64,000 nt of DNA from Azolla caroliniana (lineage: Eukaryota > Plantae > Polypodiophyta): positions 5,952,001-6,016,000 of the forward strand of contig JBHGNT010000007.1 in NCBI GenBank assembly GCA_043228905.1. Reading direction: 5' to 3'. Position numbers and translations under genes: made by a program. Shown here piece after piece: positions 49,754 to 63,088 of this stretch; the first letter of the stretch is position 1; the number at the start of each line of letters is the position of its first letter. Below the pieces are notes generated by a model, which worked only from the letters and a program-made list of their open reading frames with translations, made no database searches and was not told the origin of the DNA.

Positions 49754-52309
49754 CTACATGGAAATTCGCAACCTCATGGCCTCAACTTTTTCTTTCTCTT
49801 CAAGCATACCTGCAGCCGCATAAATATTAGCCATATAAACATATGATCTACTATTCATGTTATCTAGTGCTACTGCTTGTTCAAAGGCCAATTTGCCAAG
49901 CTTCACATTCCCCCATTTTTCACATGCTGCCAACAGAGCACTCCAAACTGGGTAGTCAGAAGGTGGCATTTCCTTCATCATAATTATTGCCTTGTCCAAG
50001 TGACCAGCTCGACCAAGAAGATCTAACATGCACGTATAATGCTCTATGACTGGTTCAAGGCCATATTTTCTACTCATACTCCTTAAATGTATTAGACCCT
50101 CATCAACTAGACCAGAATGACTGCATGCAGTCAACACGCAAAGGAATGTCACTGCGTCAGGAGAAATGTTGTCACATTGCATACGTCTGAAACAGTTCAG
50201 TGCTTCTTCCCCTCGCCCCTGCTGAGTATATCCTGAGATCAAAGAGTTCCACGTGACAACATCTCGAATTGAAAGCTCATCAAACATTTCTTGTGCTTTT
50301 CCTAATTCACCACACTTCACATACATATCCACCAATGCGGTGCCAAGAACAGTATCTTTCACTACCAAATCCTTCCCAACAATCTCATCATGAATTTGTT
50401 TGCCCTTATCAAGTGCTCCCATGATGCCACAAGCCTTCAGCATGCAAATGAAAGTGACCGAGTCTGGTGAAAAACCATCATGTTGCATAGCTTCCCAACA
50501 CTTGAAAGCTTCTTCAACCTTTTCCAGGTGCACATAGCCTGCAATTAGTGCATTCCAACAGACTACATTTTTATCAACAACCTCATCAAACACTTGCTGA
50601 GCCTTCCATATGTCACCAAATTTTGCATACATATCAACTAACACAGATCCTAGGTCATTATATTTTGCGAACAAGCCTTTGTTCATAACCACAACATGAA
50701 TTTGTTTTCCCTTGTCAATGATTGATGCACCACTACAGACCTTCAGGATGCAGACAAACGTAATAACATCTGGAAAGAGCCCTTCAATTTGCATTCTTCC
50801 AACACAGTTTAAAGCTTCTTCCACCTGCCCATGCTGAGCATATCCAGATATCAATGTGTTCCAAGAGATTGCATCTTCAATTAGAAGCTCATTGAAGACA
50901 TCCTCAGCTTTTTCTAGCTCACCCCACTTGGCATACATATCCACCAAAGCATTTCCCAACTCAATATTATTTCCCAGCAGCCCCTTATTAACAATCTCAT
51001 TGTGTAAATGTTTACCTTTGATTTTTTCTCCTACACTACCACAAGCCTTCAGCACACCAATGAAGGTGATGGCACTTGGACGGAGGCCCTCCCTTTCCAT
51101 CTGCTCAAAACAGTTTAATGCTTCAACACACTGTCCTTGTTGAACATATCCGGTTATGAGTGCAGACCAGGAGACAACATCCCTCATCAGGAGATCCTCG
51201 AATACTTGCTTTGCTTTTTCTAGTGCACCACATCTTGCATACATGTCTACCAAAGCATTTCCAAGAGCAATATTGGTTTTCAGCAATCCTTTTGTCATAA
51301 TCTCATCATGAATTTTCTTTCCTTTTTCCAATGATCCAGTAATACCACAGGCTTTAAGGACACATGATAATGTAATTTCATTTGGAGACAGGCCATCCCT
51401 TTGCATGTGCTCATAGCAGTTGAGGGCTTCTTCACCCTGCCCATGCTCAGCATATCCTGAGATTAAGGCAGACCAAGTGACTATGTCACGGAATGGAAGT
51501 TCATCAAACAGCCTTTGTGCTGTTTCCAGCTCACCAAGTTTGGTATACATGTCCATCAAGGCAGTGCCAACCATGGTATCTTTAGCCAAGAGGCCCTTGT
51601 TAACTATCTCTTCATGAATCTTCACGCCTTTTTCGAGTGATCCTGTACGGGCACAAGCCTTCAAGATGCAAGTAAAGGTTATAGCATCAGGAAAGAAGCC
51701 TTCCCTTTGCATCTGTTTGAAACAGTCCAATGCTTCCTCATCTTGCCCATTTTTTATGTATCCTGAGATTAACGCATTCCAAGAGACAACATTCTGAACT
51801 AAGAGTCCATTTAGTACTTGGTGTGCTTTTCCTAATGCACCACATTTGGCATACATATCCACCACAGCATTCCCAACCTCAACATTTCTTAACAAACCCT
51901 TATTGATGATCTCACTATGAATTTCCACACCCTTATCAACCGCTCCTGAACTACCACATACCTTCAAGATGCAAATAAAGGTGACTGCATTTGGAGAAAG
52001 GCCCTCTTTCTTCATTTGCTCAAAACAGTTGAATGCATCTTTAGCACAACCCTGTTGGGCATATCCTGCAATGATGGAATTCCAAGAGACAGCATCCCTA
52101 ACAGGGAGCTCGTCCAGTACTTCTTGTGCTTTCGCTAGTGCACCACATTTGGCATACATACTGATCAAGGCACTTCCCAAGTAAGAATTCTTAGCGAGCA
52201 ATCCCTGCTTTAGAATGCCCGCATGGACACTGATGCCCTGGCGTAGGTCTTTCTTTTTGGCACAAGCTTTGAGTAAGGCAAAAGTAGTAATGTCCAGATT
52301 GTTGTACAT
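49754..52309 (-). CDS. PLS-class pentatricopeptide repeat protein, E subgroup (no DYW); putative organellar RNA-editing specificity factor
   Basis: 851-aa intronless ORF of ~100-aa P-L-S triplets (ALVDMYAKCG..VVSWNALISGY..P..ITF.CILKAC), ending HYTCMLDLLGRAG..VWSALLAAC..YVYMANIYA; stops before any PG box or DYW domain. Confidence 0.95.
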   Translation of the reverse strand: MYNNLDITTFALLKACAKKKDLRQGISVHAGILKQGLLAKNSYLGSALISMYAKCGALAKAQEVLDELPVRDAVSWNSIIAGYAQQGCAKDAFNCFEQMKKEGLSPNAVTFICILKVCGSSGAVDKGVEIHSEIINKGLLRNVEVGNAVVDMYAKCGALGKAHQVLNGLLVQNVVSWNALISGYIKNGQDEEALDCFKQMQREGFFPDAITFTCILKACARTGSLEKGVKIHEEIVNKGLLAKDTMVGTALMDMYTKLGELETAQRLFDELPFRDIVTWSALISGYAEHGQGEEALNCYEHMQRDGLSPNEITLSCVLKACGITGSLEKGKKIHDEIMTKGLLKTNIALGNALVDMYARCGALEKAKQVFEDLLMRDVVSWSALITGYVQQGQCVEALNCFEQMEREGLRPSAITFIGVLKACGSVGEKIKGKHLHNEIVNKGLLGNNIELGNALVDMYAKWGELEKAEDVFNELLIEDAISWNTLISGYAQHGQVEEALNCVGRMQIEGLFPDVITFVCILKVCSGASIIDKGKQIHVVVMNKGLFAKYNDLGSVLVDMYAKFGDIWKAQQVFDEVVDKNVVCWNALIAGYVHLEKVEEAFKCWEAMQHDGFSPDSVTFICMLKACGIMGALDKGKQIHDEIVGKDLVVKDTVLGTALVDMYVKCGELGKAQEMFDELSIRDVVTWNSLISGYTQQGRGEEALNCFRRMQCDNISPDAVTFLCVLTACSHSGLVDEGLIHLRSMSRKYGLEPVIEHYTCMLDLLGRAGHLDKAIIMMKEMPPSDYPVWSALLAACEKWGNVKLGKLAFEQAVALDNMNSRSYVYMANIYAAAGMLEEKEKVEAMRLRISM

Positions 52310-54942
52310 TCTGACATCACTTATACCATCCGTTTCCTCCCCCCTAATCTCTGCATGATCGGAGCCCTGCCCCTTTTCTTCTCATGAGTTCTTGGCTAAC
52401 CCGCAAAGGGATGAACCCATCAATCCATAATTCTTCCATCGTGTTTGCATGGTGGAGCTCGGGGCATCTAGAGCTAGTGACCTGTGGAAAAGCCGGTTGC
52501 TATTATGACAACCACCACGGTGATGGTGATGGTGATGGTGAAGTAGGTGATTGAAGAGCCGTTGAGTTTACCTGATTGTGAAACCATTGCAAGGGATCCC
52601 TGAAATACTTCTTCCACAGGAGGTCTCTGTCACAGGACCTACGTGCTGCCATCTTATGCTAACCATGTTCTGGCTGGAAGTGTTTAGACCAGATTCAGCA
52701 GTACCCCCCTGAGATGAAGGAGGAGGTGTGGGATTGCAGAGAAAACATTTCTTAGAAGAATGAGGGGTATGCAGAGAATTATGAAAATAGTTGGGGTTGG
52801 TCCGGGGGAAGGGCATTTTCCCAATTATGAATATTATGGAAGAATACCAAAAATACCCCTAAATTGACAAATACCAGGGGTATTTAGAAATAATTAGAAA
52901 ATGTTGGGGAATGCTTTCATAAGTATTTATCGGAAAATGCTAAAAATGTCCTACATTTTTCCAAAAACTTGAGAATGTAGTGGTAATTTGTAAATCCATA
53001 ATGCATACTTTGACGTTTTTCCTCTCCCTATGATTACAACAGGTTGACCCCTTAAGAGTCTCATTCAATCATGGTTGTAAACAGCCAAAACAAAATCCAT
53101 TCACACCATCCAAAAGAATCTTCGTTGAATCACCAAAACAAAATGTATTCATGTCTCTTAAACAACTAAACTGGTACATACACTCAGTTTTTATAAATCC
53201 TTTCTTGTTCAAAGAATGGATGGCTCTCATAAACTTACATCTACAAGATATGAATGATCCTCTCTAACAAAGGCATGTCAGCATCTTCTAGGTGCTCTCC
53301 AAACTTGATAAGTTGTCTCATCATTTGTCACCTCTCTAGAATTAAGATACATTTTATATATGGTGCATTAGTAATGCAATTCTCTACGTATAGTTCTCTT
53401 TAATTATTTGATCTACTAATAGCTAGGATATGCCACGTGAAAGTTGAGTGTCCAAGTAGCATATGCATTGGCTTGTCCCATCAACAGTTGCAAGTTCTAG
53501 TAATGTGTCATTTACAAAAAGGAGAATAGAGATCCATATTTTATTTTTCTGTCTATTCATCATTATAGATCACTCAAATCAACTTTGGTCAGCTTAGACA
53601 ATGTGGAACATTCCAAGTTCAAATCAAATAAGTTGTTTAAATGCACCACATGCTTGTGTGTAAAGTATTGCTGATATAATGCCTAATGCCTTCAGTAGTA
53701 TAGACCAAGTCTATACTAGAACACAAGAGATCCCATATTAACCACATAATAGAGTTACCTAAAAAAGGGCCTCAAGTTTCAAACACCTTTGAGACTTCAC
53801 AAATCTATCCTGTAGTCATCTCATGTGGAGAGTAAATTCATTTGGATTAAATAATTAGTGCCTAGAACCACGCAAACCGTTCAATCACGCACAAAAAGCT
53901 GGCAAAGAGCAGACGTGGAATATCAAGGTTGAATCCAACTGGTGGTACCATTTGCTCATAAGATGTCCATTATCTTTCCACTAACACTGGCAGTTCAAAA
54001 AACTTTTGCAATTTGTGACCTGTATTTGATATAGCAAACTCCACTTTCTTAAATATGCATGGTGCTTGCATTGCAAATTCATTTTTGGCCCTACCAGATT
54101 TCATGTTTTGTATCAAAGTTATTTGGGTACACATTTAATATCAACACCCCTCTCAACTTCTATGAAGAAACATTACCCTGCACCATGTTGGGGTATGAAG
54201 AGTCATTCAATTGATGTCCAATGAATCATTTTGCAAAAAAATATATCCAAAACACTTTGATCAAACGGATTTATCAGGAGTCCATTCCATTGTTGGCAGT
54301 CTTCTGTTGAGTTTCCGTCCAAGAGAGCATCACTGAAAGCTTTAGTGGTTATATTCGCTTTGTTTTTCTTCTTCTACCATTTTCTTCTTCACCTACTCTT
54401 CACCTACTTACCGCTTCCTCTACTGCTTTGCAAGGTTTTCCTCGATGAGTACATAAGTAGCCTTACCTCTGAATATTTGAAGCGAGATTAGCGCAACTGC
54501 ACATGAACGACGTGATCAGAGAATTTTTAATCTGGTCAAAAACTGAATAGAGTTCACTAGACTACCCCAAGACAATAACATTTGACATGCTTGTCGACAA
54601 AGTCTAACAAGAAGGGAAGAAAAGTACAGCCAAATCTATATATGAGACTGCCCCCTCAATTGTCATGTTTTTGCTCTTTCAGGATATAAAATTCAGGGAC
54701 TTGTTTTCAAAATGCCATTCTTTTTGCCAAAATACCACACTTATGTCTTTTTGTATTTCACAGATATTGATGCCTTGATAATGAGTTTGACTCATTATTA
54801 AAGGGCAGGGCAGGAGCTTTACAAATAAATTTGAGGTTTGCAGATGGCTTACATCCATGTGATTGCCTCACTAATTAGATAAAAAAATAGGTAAAAAGGT
54901 TCTTCCTTCATACTAATAATTACCTTATGCAGATGCATGTTT

Positions 54943-57900
54943 CTAACTGTCACTATCATCAATGCATATACATTTCTCTGCAGTTTCTTTCTTCCTTCTT
55001 TTGTTAGAGCCTTCAAGGTTTGGACGAACTTTGCTTTTTGTTGTTTTCTTATCTTGGTGAGGGGTACAAGCCTCTTTTGATGAGAGCTCACTTCCTACAA
55101 TCTTGTTCAATGTGTCTAGAATATCTTTTCCAAAAAAATCAATCTTCCTCTTGCCCAATAACTCCTCAATCTGCAGTAAATCAACATTAAGCAATTAGAA
55201 TACTAAGCAACCAATGGAAAGATCAAATTAAAATGAAATGTTGATAGAAGATTTCTCGCGGAAATGGAGTCACCATACCTTCTAAGTTATCCTTGTTTCT
55301 TCTTATGAAAAAACCAAATAAAGCATGCCTTCTAAGCTAAATTGGTTATAGTTTTGAAAAGGAATTCAAGTCGGATAGACACGCCAGAGCATCTATCACC
55401 CATGATGCCCTTTATTATAGCCATGTTATGCTCCCAAAGCAAGCGATAGCAGAAGGCTAGAAGGCATGAGCTTGACTTTAATTTAATTTTAGGTTGGTGA
55501 TTCAATCTCCTCATAATTCATTACATTCTCAACAGTGGACTGCGCTTGATAATGGCATCTTTGCTCTCTTTATGTTTCCAGTATTAGTGTTGTCATTCTA
55601 TTATTTTACTTTTATCTTTATCTATCTAATTGCTGTCAATTGTTATTTGTTTATTTGTGATCTTTTCAATCTTTTCCAATGCTTCCACCATCCACGGGTG
55701 TAGGACATGTTCATTTGTCTTGTGGAGTATTTTCTTAGAGAAAACTCGAAATTCTCCACACAAACTGATTCCTAAGGGGTTCCAAATGTTAATAAATTTT
55801 AAGATGTTTAGAAGAAATAGAAATTCCTTATATACATGACTGTGTGTGGGCAGAAAACCCTTTCAAACTTGGATCAACCATCCTTGGACCGCACTAAGAT
55901 TCTGATCTTGAAAATATGCAATACTATACACTGATTACACTCACATGCTTCGCCAGGTATTAGAGGCTTAGAAGTTCTTAGAACCATGCATAGAAAAGAA
56001 TGGTTCAAAAGACAAGAAAATACTTTAGACAGTGGATAACTAGCCATTTGCGTTAGATTGACTGCAAGGCTAGGAATAAACATTTTGTGGTTTACATGAA
56101 AATGGTGGTAATGGAACAACCTATCTTAATGCATCATGTTAGAATAGAATATATCTGCTGCTGAGAAGGCCCGAATTAGTATAACACCCTGTTATACAGT
56201 TTTAGAAAGAACTGAAGCATCACGCCTACTAAAATAGCCTATCATGGTCTGTATTCTGAAACTTCCACTACTAGCTTAGACATAAGTCAATGTCACAAAT
56301 TATAACCATAAGTCAATGTCACTTTAAGATAATGCTAAAGAACAAGGAAAACCATCTCAATGCATAGTGTTAGAATAGAATATATCTGCTGTTGAGAAGG
56401 CCCGAATTAGTATAACACCCTGTTATACAGTTTTAGAAAGAACTGAAGCATCACCCCTATTAAAATAGCCTATCATGGTCTGTATTCTGAAACTTCCACT
56501 ACTAGCTTAGACATAATTTCTTTCAGCATTTCCAATCACAAACTATAGCCATAAGTCAATGTCACTTTAAGATAATGCTAAAGAACAAGGAAAACCATCT
56601 CAATGCATAGTGTTAGAATAGAATATATCTGCTGTTGAGAAGTCCCGAATTAGTATAACACCCTGTTATACAGTTTTAGAAAGAACTGAAGCATCATGCC
56701 TATTAAAATAGCCAATTGTGGTCTGTATTCTGAAACTTTGACTACTAGTTTAGACATGATCTCTTTCAGCATTTCCAATCACAAATTAAAACCATACATC
56801 AATGCCACTTTAAGATAATGCTAAAGAACAAGTAAATCCTTACTTGTGTAAGTGAGGTGGGTTTCTGTACACACAACTGAGCAATCTGCTGAGTTGAGAG
56901 GATTGAATATGGAAAGACTTGTCCATGTTTCAATGCCAATTCTTCACGCAAGCTATAGAGTTCTTTGGCCATATCTGAATCTAAAATCTCTTGTAAGCCA
57001 CTGCCTATGTGGATGTCACAGGATCCTTTGCCTTCTCTCAATTCAAAACTGATTTTCCTTTTCCCTGTCAACGATCTGACATCTTAAGGTGTATTACGGC
57101 AAATATGCTTAATTCAAAGATTGGTATCATTTATTATCCCCTGCATACCATGTAATAGTGACTGCCAAACTGTTCCCAATGAGACATATGAATTGGTTGC
57201 ATATGCAGTATGCTGAAACACCTCCTTCTGAAATCAATGAAAATAGTTAAAATTTCTGCCCCAACAATCAACTGATTCAAAAGAGTCTCAATAGGCAAAA
57301 TTTTAGACTTTGGGCATGACTATACAAAAACAAAGAAAAAAACAGTGCAAACAAACATATGACTATATAATCTCTAACGAGGGCACAATGGCAATATAGT
57401 TGGTTTTCCGAACTCAGTTTTGGGTTTATATTATGGGAGTTGATGGTGTTCTAAACACACAATCAGATCAGTCTTCTTTCCACAGAACATGTAGTTCTTT
57501 ACAAGTACTCAAGGAGGAAGATAGGTCAGAATATCAATGAAAAATATCCTATTTTGAATCCATTCTTTTAGTGATGCTTATTTTTGGATGTTTATCCAAT
57601 AGCGACAATGTACCACGCCAAGATACTAACACAAATCAAACAAAATTTAACTCATCTTTAATCAATTTGATAGACAACTGGTTTTCCAATTGATACCAGG
57701 GTCATTGTTCGGTAAAGATACAAGAGCAACTTTATGGGTTGATGGATCTTTAGCTTTCAGGCCCTAACTCATTGACATGCACGCACATTCACACTAGGGA
57801 GTGATTGTTACCGCACGTCTCCCTAAACTTCTTGCATTTCAGTTCATTAACCACAAGTTTATTGAAATGATTAAATTATTTATTCTACTTATATTTTATA

Positions 57901-60900
57901 TTTGACCATCAACTATATGATGAAATTATCCATATTACTGTTTATTTCCGTAAGACTACTGGCTTCTGGAAAATCTTCCACCGATTTAAATTTGTAAGCT
58001 CCAAGTTGCTAGTAGTTATTTTTCAATAATATGGAGATTGTATTTTATTTGTGTCTTAAACGAGAAATAATTTTCTGAAAGAAAATGTGTTAACATTGAA
58101 GTGATATTACTATTGACATTCGAAGTGTATGATTAGCAGGGAGTGCCTAATGTTGGATGTCAGCGCTTATTGACATAGTAAAGAAACGAAGGTACCAGAA
58201 AACCATCTAGAAGTAGCTGAACTATTATCTGCTCCACTTCATGCTTTTTTAAATCTTTTCTGAGCTCTATATCTGGTTGCATTTGTCCTGGAAAAAGATA
58301 ATCACTCTGAAGTTAAATGTCAAAAAGTAATAAAATTGTAAAAATGCCAGATTTACCCGCAATTTCTCTAGAATACCAGATTTTGGTGATCGAGTTTTCC
58401 ATAGATCTACCAGCTGTAACATTGTTACCTTCTTATCTCCTTCTTCAACCTCTTTCACAGTCATCACGATAGATTGCGCATGAGCTACAAAAATATCATA
58501 ATTCCATTCATTCAGAATCTCAAACAAATGAAAAGAAAATGAATTTATGATTATATGCACCTGTAACATCTTTAATGACAATGTCACCTCTAACTGCACA
58601 GTTATCACACATGCCTGGTCATGGAAACAAACAAATATTTAGTTATAAAAGAACATGTGCATCACCTGATGTACACATGCATTTGATAGGTAGGAACATC
58701 AAAAACGAATTGTTTTACCATTACACTCCTGCATCTGTTCTCCAAAATGCTTGAAGAAGGCTGCACGTCGACATTCACGCTTTGACTGCATGTAGGTTTT
58801 CATTCTTAGTAGATTATACCATCAGAAATACTAGCACTGATCAAAGTTAATAATAGGAGCACCAATAATGGATAACATAGAAATATACCTGACAGAACCG
58901 AACCATATTATAAATGTTCTGCAATCCTGCATATTCATGAAAGACCATGCTGCTCTGTGGAGCAAAAAGCCAGAATTATTACAGAACACTGGCATGAGCA
59001 TGACTTTACTTTTCTGAGTAAAGTTAAAAGACTGAAAAGCAAGTAGAGGAGGAGAAGAAGACACTTCAAACCATCAGAGGTGAGAGTTAAAAAGGTTTTC
59101 CAGGAATACCCATTTTCAGAGCAATCGTAGATAGAATGGGAGGTTAACTTTTGGTTCGGTTTTCACAAGTTGTGCCAATCAGTGAGCTCTGCTATACATG
59201 ATTTCATGCAGCCTTGAACAGTTGTAACGTAAGGATTTCCTTTAATGCTCCAGAAATCACATATATCAAATGATCTATAAATGCCTTTACTATGTCCTTC
59301 CTACTTGCTTTCCTTTTCTTTTTTTCTTTTTTATTGAAGAGAGGGAATATTTTGAAATGCGATTATTATAAGAATACACATCACTTTGCATTCTTCTTTC
59401 AGATATCACACTAAAAATGAAATTCTTTAGGATTAGATGGTATTCGTCTGTACATACATGACGAGGAAGATCAGCTGGTCTGTAGAAAAGGAGACAGTGT
59501 GATGGAAGACCATCACGACCTGCACGACCACTTTCCTGTTATCACATTCTTCAGTAAACAGTGACCAAACAGCATTGCATCAAATGAATATTTTATGAAA
59601 TGAAGATAACCTGATAATAAGTTTCCAACGACTTGCTCAGGCTATGGTGGATAACAAATCGCACTGGAAAAATTTTCATAGAAATGGAAGGCAATGAACT
59701 GAATCTAAATGAAACCATCTTTACAATACTTCTTAGGTTTGTAAAGTGACAAAAAATCATTGAACTCACCATCAGGTTTGTTTATCCCCATACCAAATGC
59801 CACCTGTGAAATTGCCACCATGAGAAACAACCACAGAATCGGATGTCTGATCTTTGTTAAGAATTTACCTACCGTGCCAACAATCACTTGCAACTTTCCA
59901 CAACTCCACCTGAAATTAAGGTCTGATCAGATATACAAATCAACAAGCACTTAAAAAGACCAACATGACAGAATTAATAGCAGATCAATTTCGCACTAAA
60001 TTTGAAACCTCTCAAGCTTTCTCCTCTCAGAGTGAAAAGTTCTTGAAAAAGTAACAAAAGGGGGGGAGAGCAACAGGAATCCTTCACAATCGTAGCAGAC
60101 GTTAACTGAAGAATTTTGTGCTCCAAGAATACCCCCATGAGCTGCATTTTGTATCTTGGTCTGGTAACCATCAAGATGTTCGGATCAAGCTCATCCATCA
60201 CATATGGCATCAACATCTGACAAGTTTCTAGGGTTGACTAAATATAGCAAGATACGGTGTAACATTGTGCATCTTGGAATAGAAAAGTTTCTTGAGCAGG
60301 TTAAATCTAGCAAGATACAAAGTTAAAGGTACAAAGTTCTGACCACGATCCACCAAGCTTTAGAGTTACAGGTGACCAGTTTCAGGCAAGGTTCCCACTC
60401 ATCTGGGTTCTGGGTCTCCTGCTCATCATGGTTTGTACTAGTATATAGGTTCAGCTCTGGATCAAAATTTAAAACAAATTGTAATAACCTCAAATGTACT
60501 GCACAACTTTCGATACCTAGTATCAGCAAACAATTTGGGAACGTTCTTTCAGGTATTTACCTGCAGGGATAAGTTTCTCTTTCCATTTAACTATCTTCCT
60601 GGTCGATCGATAAACCTCTCTGTATCTTAATGATATGGTCAACCTTGGGCATGAGCATTTCTTTGAATTATTTCACAACGGTCAACCTCCTTGAACTTTT
60701 CATACCAGAAAAACAATTTCATACAAGATCCCCTTCAAAATGGTGTATCTTAATCTGAAGATTCCTAAAAACAATAATACTAGTCCATTTAATTGTGTAC
60801 AGGTAGATACCAAATTAACACAATTGTATGTACCGAGTATGTACAACTGCACGTTGATTAGCTTCCATATCAGCATGATAAAATGCTGCTAAAATTCCCT

Positions 60901-63088
60901 GCTCCCGAAGTTCTTTTGCAACCTAAATCAGAAATGGTTCGATGGAACACTTTTCAAGCATGTCCCCGTGCGAAGTTCATGTGTGGATTTTCATAATATT
61001 GCAACCAGTATTACCTGTTCACATTCCTTCCGAGAGTAGCAATACACTATACCAGAGTCTTCTTTCTTATATGACTGTTTTATGAAATCTACAATTTCCA
61101 AATTAACAGTCTGGGCATTTGATGACTTCTCACGCACCTAATATTATAAATTCAGATTTCAGTGAGCAAAGTGAATACAATGAATAATAGAACTTTAACA
61201 TTTTCACATATAATCAATAATTATTCTTTCTAAAGTAAATATATACAGTTGTACATATGCAAACACATCCACTATAATGTTCATTAATCATATACACACT
61301 ACAATTACCGATGTGTTTTAATTTTGTGTTTTATTTCCTAGTACATTAATTTTTACTTGTTTATGTTTCACACTAAACATCTGAGAAGAACTATAGAAAG
61401 AAGAAGAAAAAAAAGACATTCAAAGTCTTCTAATAGGCCAAATTGGGCTATAAGACCAAACAAGAGATTACATCTTCAAATGTTGTCTCATCTTTGAGGG
61501 CAACAAACCAAAATAAATGGAACTAAATAAAAATAGAAGTGAATAGAGAATCCCATTGTCTATAAATATAAGATTCTCAAGTCGGATAGATTGCCATTTT
61601 TATTTTTGAAAAATCTCTCGAATAGGTCAGTCCAGAATGGACAGATCACCAAAGCAAGGGAAGCACCTGCAATGGTCTGTAAATGACAATGGTGGGGGAT
61701 CATGGTCCATGAGGTTAGAGATTATGTGTGCAACAAATTGCTATTGCCTGATCTATTGTAACCCCTTTGCAATGTCCTGGTTTGATGCCCACTTCTTGTT
61801 GAAGCTAGCGTGCTGGAAGATCAAACAGTTCCACCACACAGTGCATAATATGCTTCCAGCTCACGAGCCAGAGTGAGAATGCTAAACTATCTCCTTCAGG
61901 TAGCAACATGTTGGAGCTCATCAAAGACTCGAGGACATTTGTCTGATTTGGGTTGGTATGGTGGAATGACGAGATGATGAACTACATTTGAGTGTCTTCA
62001 GGCAGCTTGGACACAAGACGCAATGTGTATTATCTCTATTCTAACTTCCATTTGGATGGTGGATTTATTGGGTTGAGAGTGAGAGTGAGTTAACCATAGG
62101 GTGCTAGAGGCCACTGTCCAATATTCTTCTCCTCCTCCTTTGGCTATCCTCCTGAAATTCAATTATGTTGGAGTCTCCTCTTAGATTTCAATGCTCTATC
62201 CCATAATCTTGTATCATCATTGTGGCAATTCTTGAGCTATTGAGGCTATAGTGTAATATTTGTAGTTGATGCACATTAACATAGCATGATCAAAGCGATT
62301 TGACAACATCATGCAGCCTTGTACAAGTGAACATCTGCAATGTCTCCACCCAAAAACTCTCTACACCATAAAGGAGAGAAAAGTATCCGTGTGCAGAAGG
62401 ATCAGTAATTTCAAACCTCAAATGTTTATCATCTGAATCTAGCTTTGATTTTATGATATTCATCAAAAGGTTCAGAATATAATTTTATTTGTTGCATTGT
62501 TGTAGAATATTTAGCATAAAATACACGTAGAATGTGTATGCTAAGTATTCTAACTTTTTTTAAATACTTAGAATACGTATTCTACAGATAAAATACATTA
62601 AATGCGTAAATACTTAGAATACATGTACAATACTTTAAATACGTAGAGTACATGTAAAATATGTTAAATACTTCTTAAACTTTGAACTTTTTTTTCAAAA
62701 AAATAAAATATTAAAATTTTAAAGCTTTTTTGAAACATCAAATACTTGCTAAATAAGTAGAATACGTAGAATGTGTGAAATTTTGAAAAATAACAGTTCT
62801 AAAACATTGAATACGTGTAAAATATTTCAGAGTATTCTAAAACATATTCTAGACATAGAATATGCATTTTTTTAACTATGATTTGTTGTAAAATGTATAC
62901 GTAGGAAAATAAAAAAGATCTTTCATAAACTGTTACTATGAACACTCAACAAAAGTTAAAGATCAATCAAAACAGTTCTTAAAATTTTCACCTCATAAAA
63001 TAGATTGGGCCTGTTGACTGAGCTGACAAATCTGACGCACTTTGTCATTTGAAGCATTTCCCTTAAATCAAATTGAACCCTTGCAGTT
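54943..63088 (-). CDS. RECQ2: RecQ DNA helicase, RECQ2/RECQL1-like (helicase C-terminal half, RQC, HRDC); 5' exons lie beyond the window
   Basis: Exons encode ATATARVQ..NRPNLFYE, SGIVYCYSRKECEQ, YHADME, VAFGMGINKPD, VRFVIHHSLSKSLETYYQ, ESGRAGRDG, CRRAAFFKHFGE, GMCDNC, FQHTAYATNSY, LREELA..FPYSILS; stop at 54943. Confidence 0.9.
56118..56831. repeat. ~240 bp tandem triplication in the last RecQ intron
   Basis: ttagaatagaatatatctgctg..cccgaattagtataacaccctgttatacag..ctttaagataatgctaaagaacaag occurs three times. Confidence 0.93.
61430..62400 (-). mobile_element. Intronic LINE-like remnant
   Basis: Shares an end segment with 40010-40060; decayed coding-like composition. Confidence 0.4.
62495..62880. 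mobile_element. hAT-type MITE in a RecQ intron
   Basis: Perfect 8-bp TSD ATTTGTTG (62487-62494, 62881-62888); termini cattgtt..aactatg; internal (ta)gaatac/gtattc subterminal repeats. Confidence 0.8.

Noticed and set aside
59960-60760. Possible LTR-element fragment in a RecQ intron
   Set aside because: PPT-like aggggggag is present but no convincing domain or boundaries.
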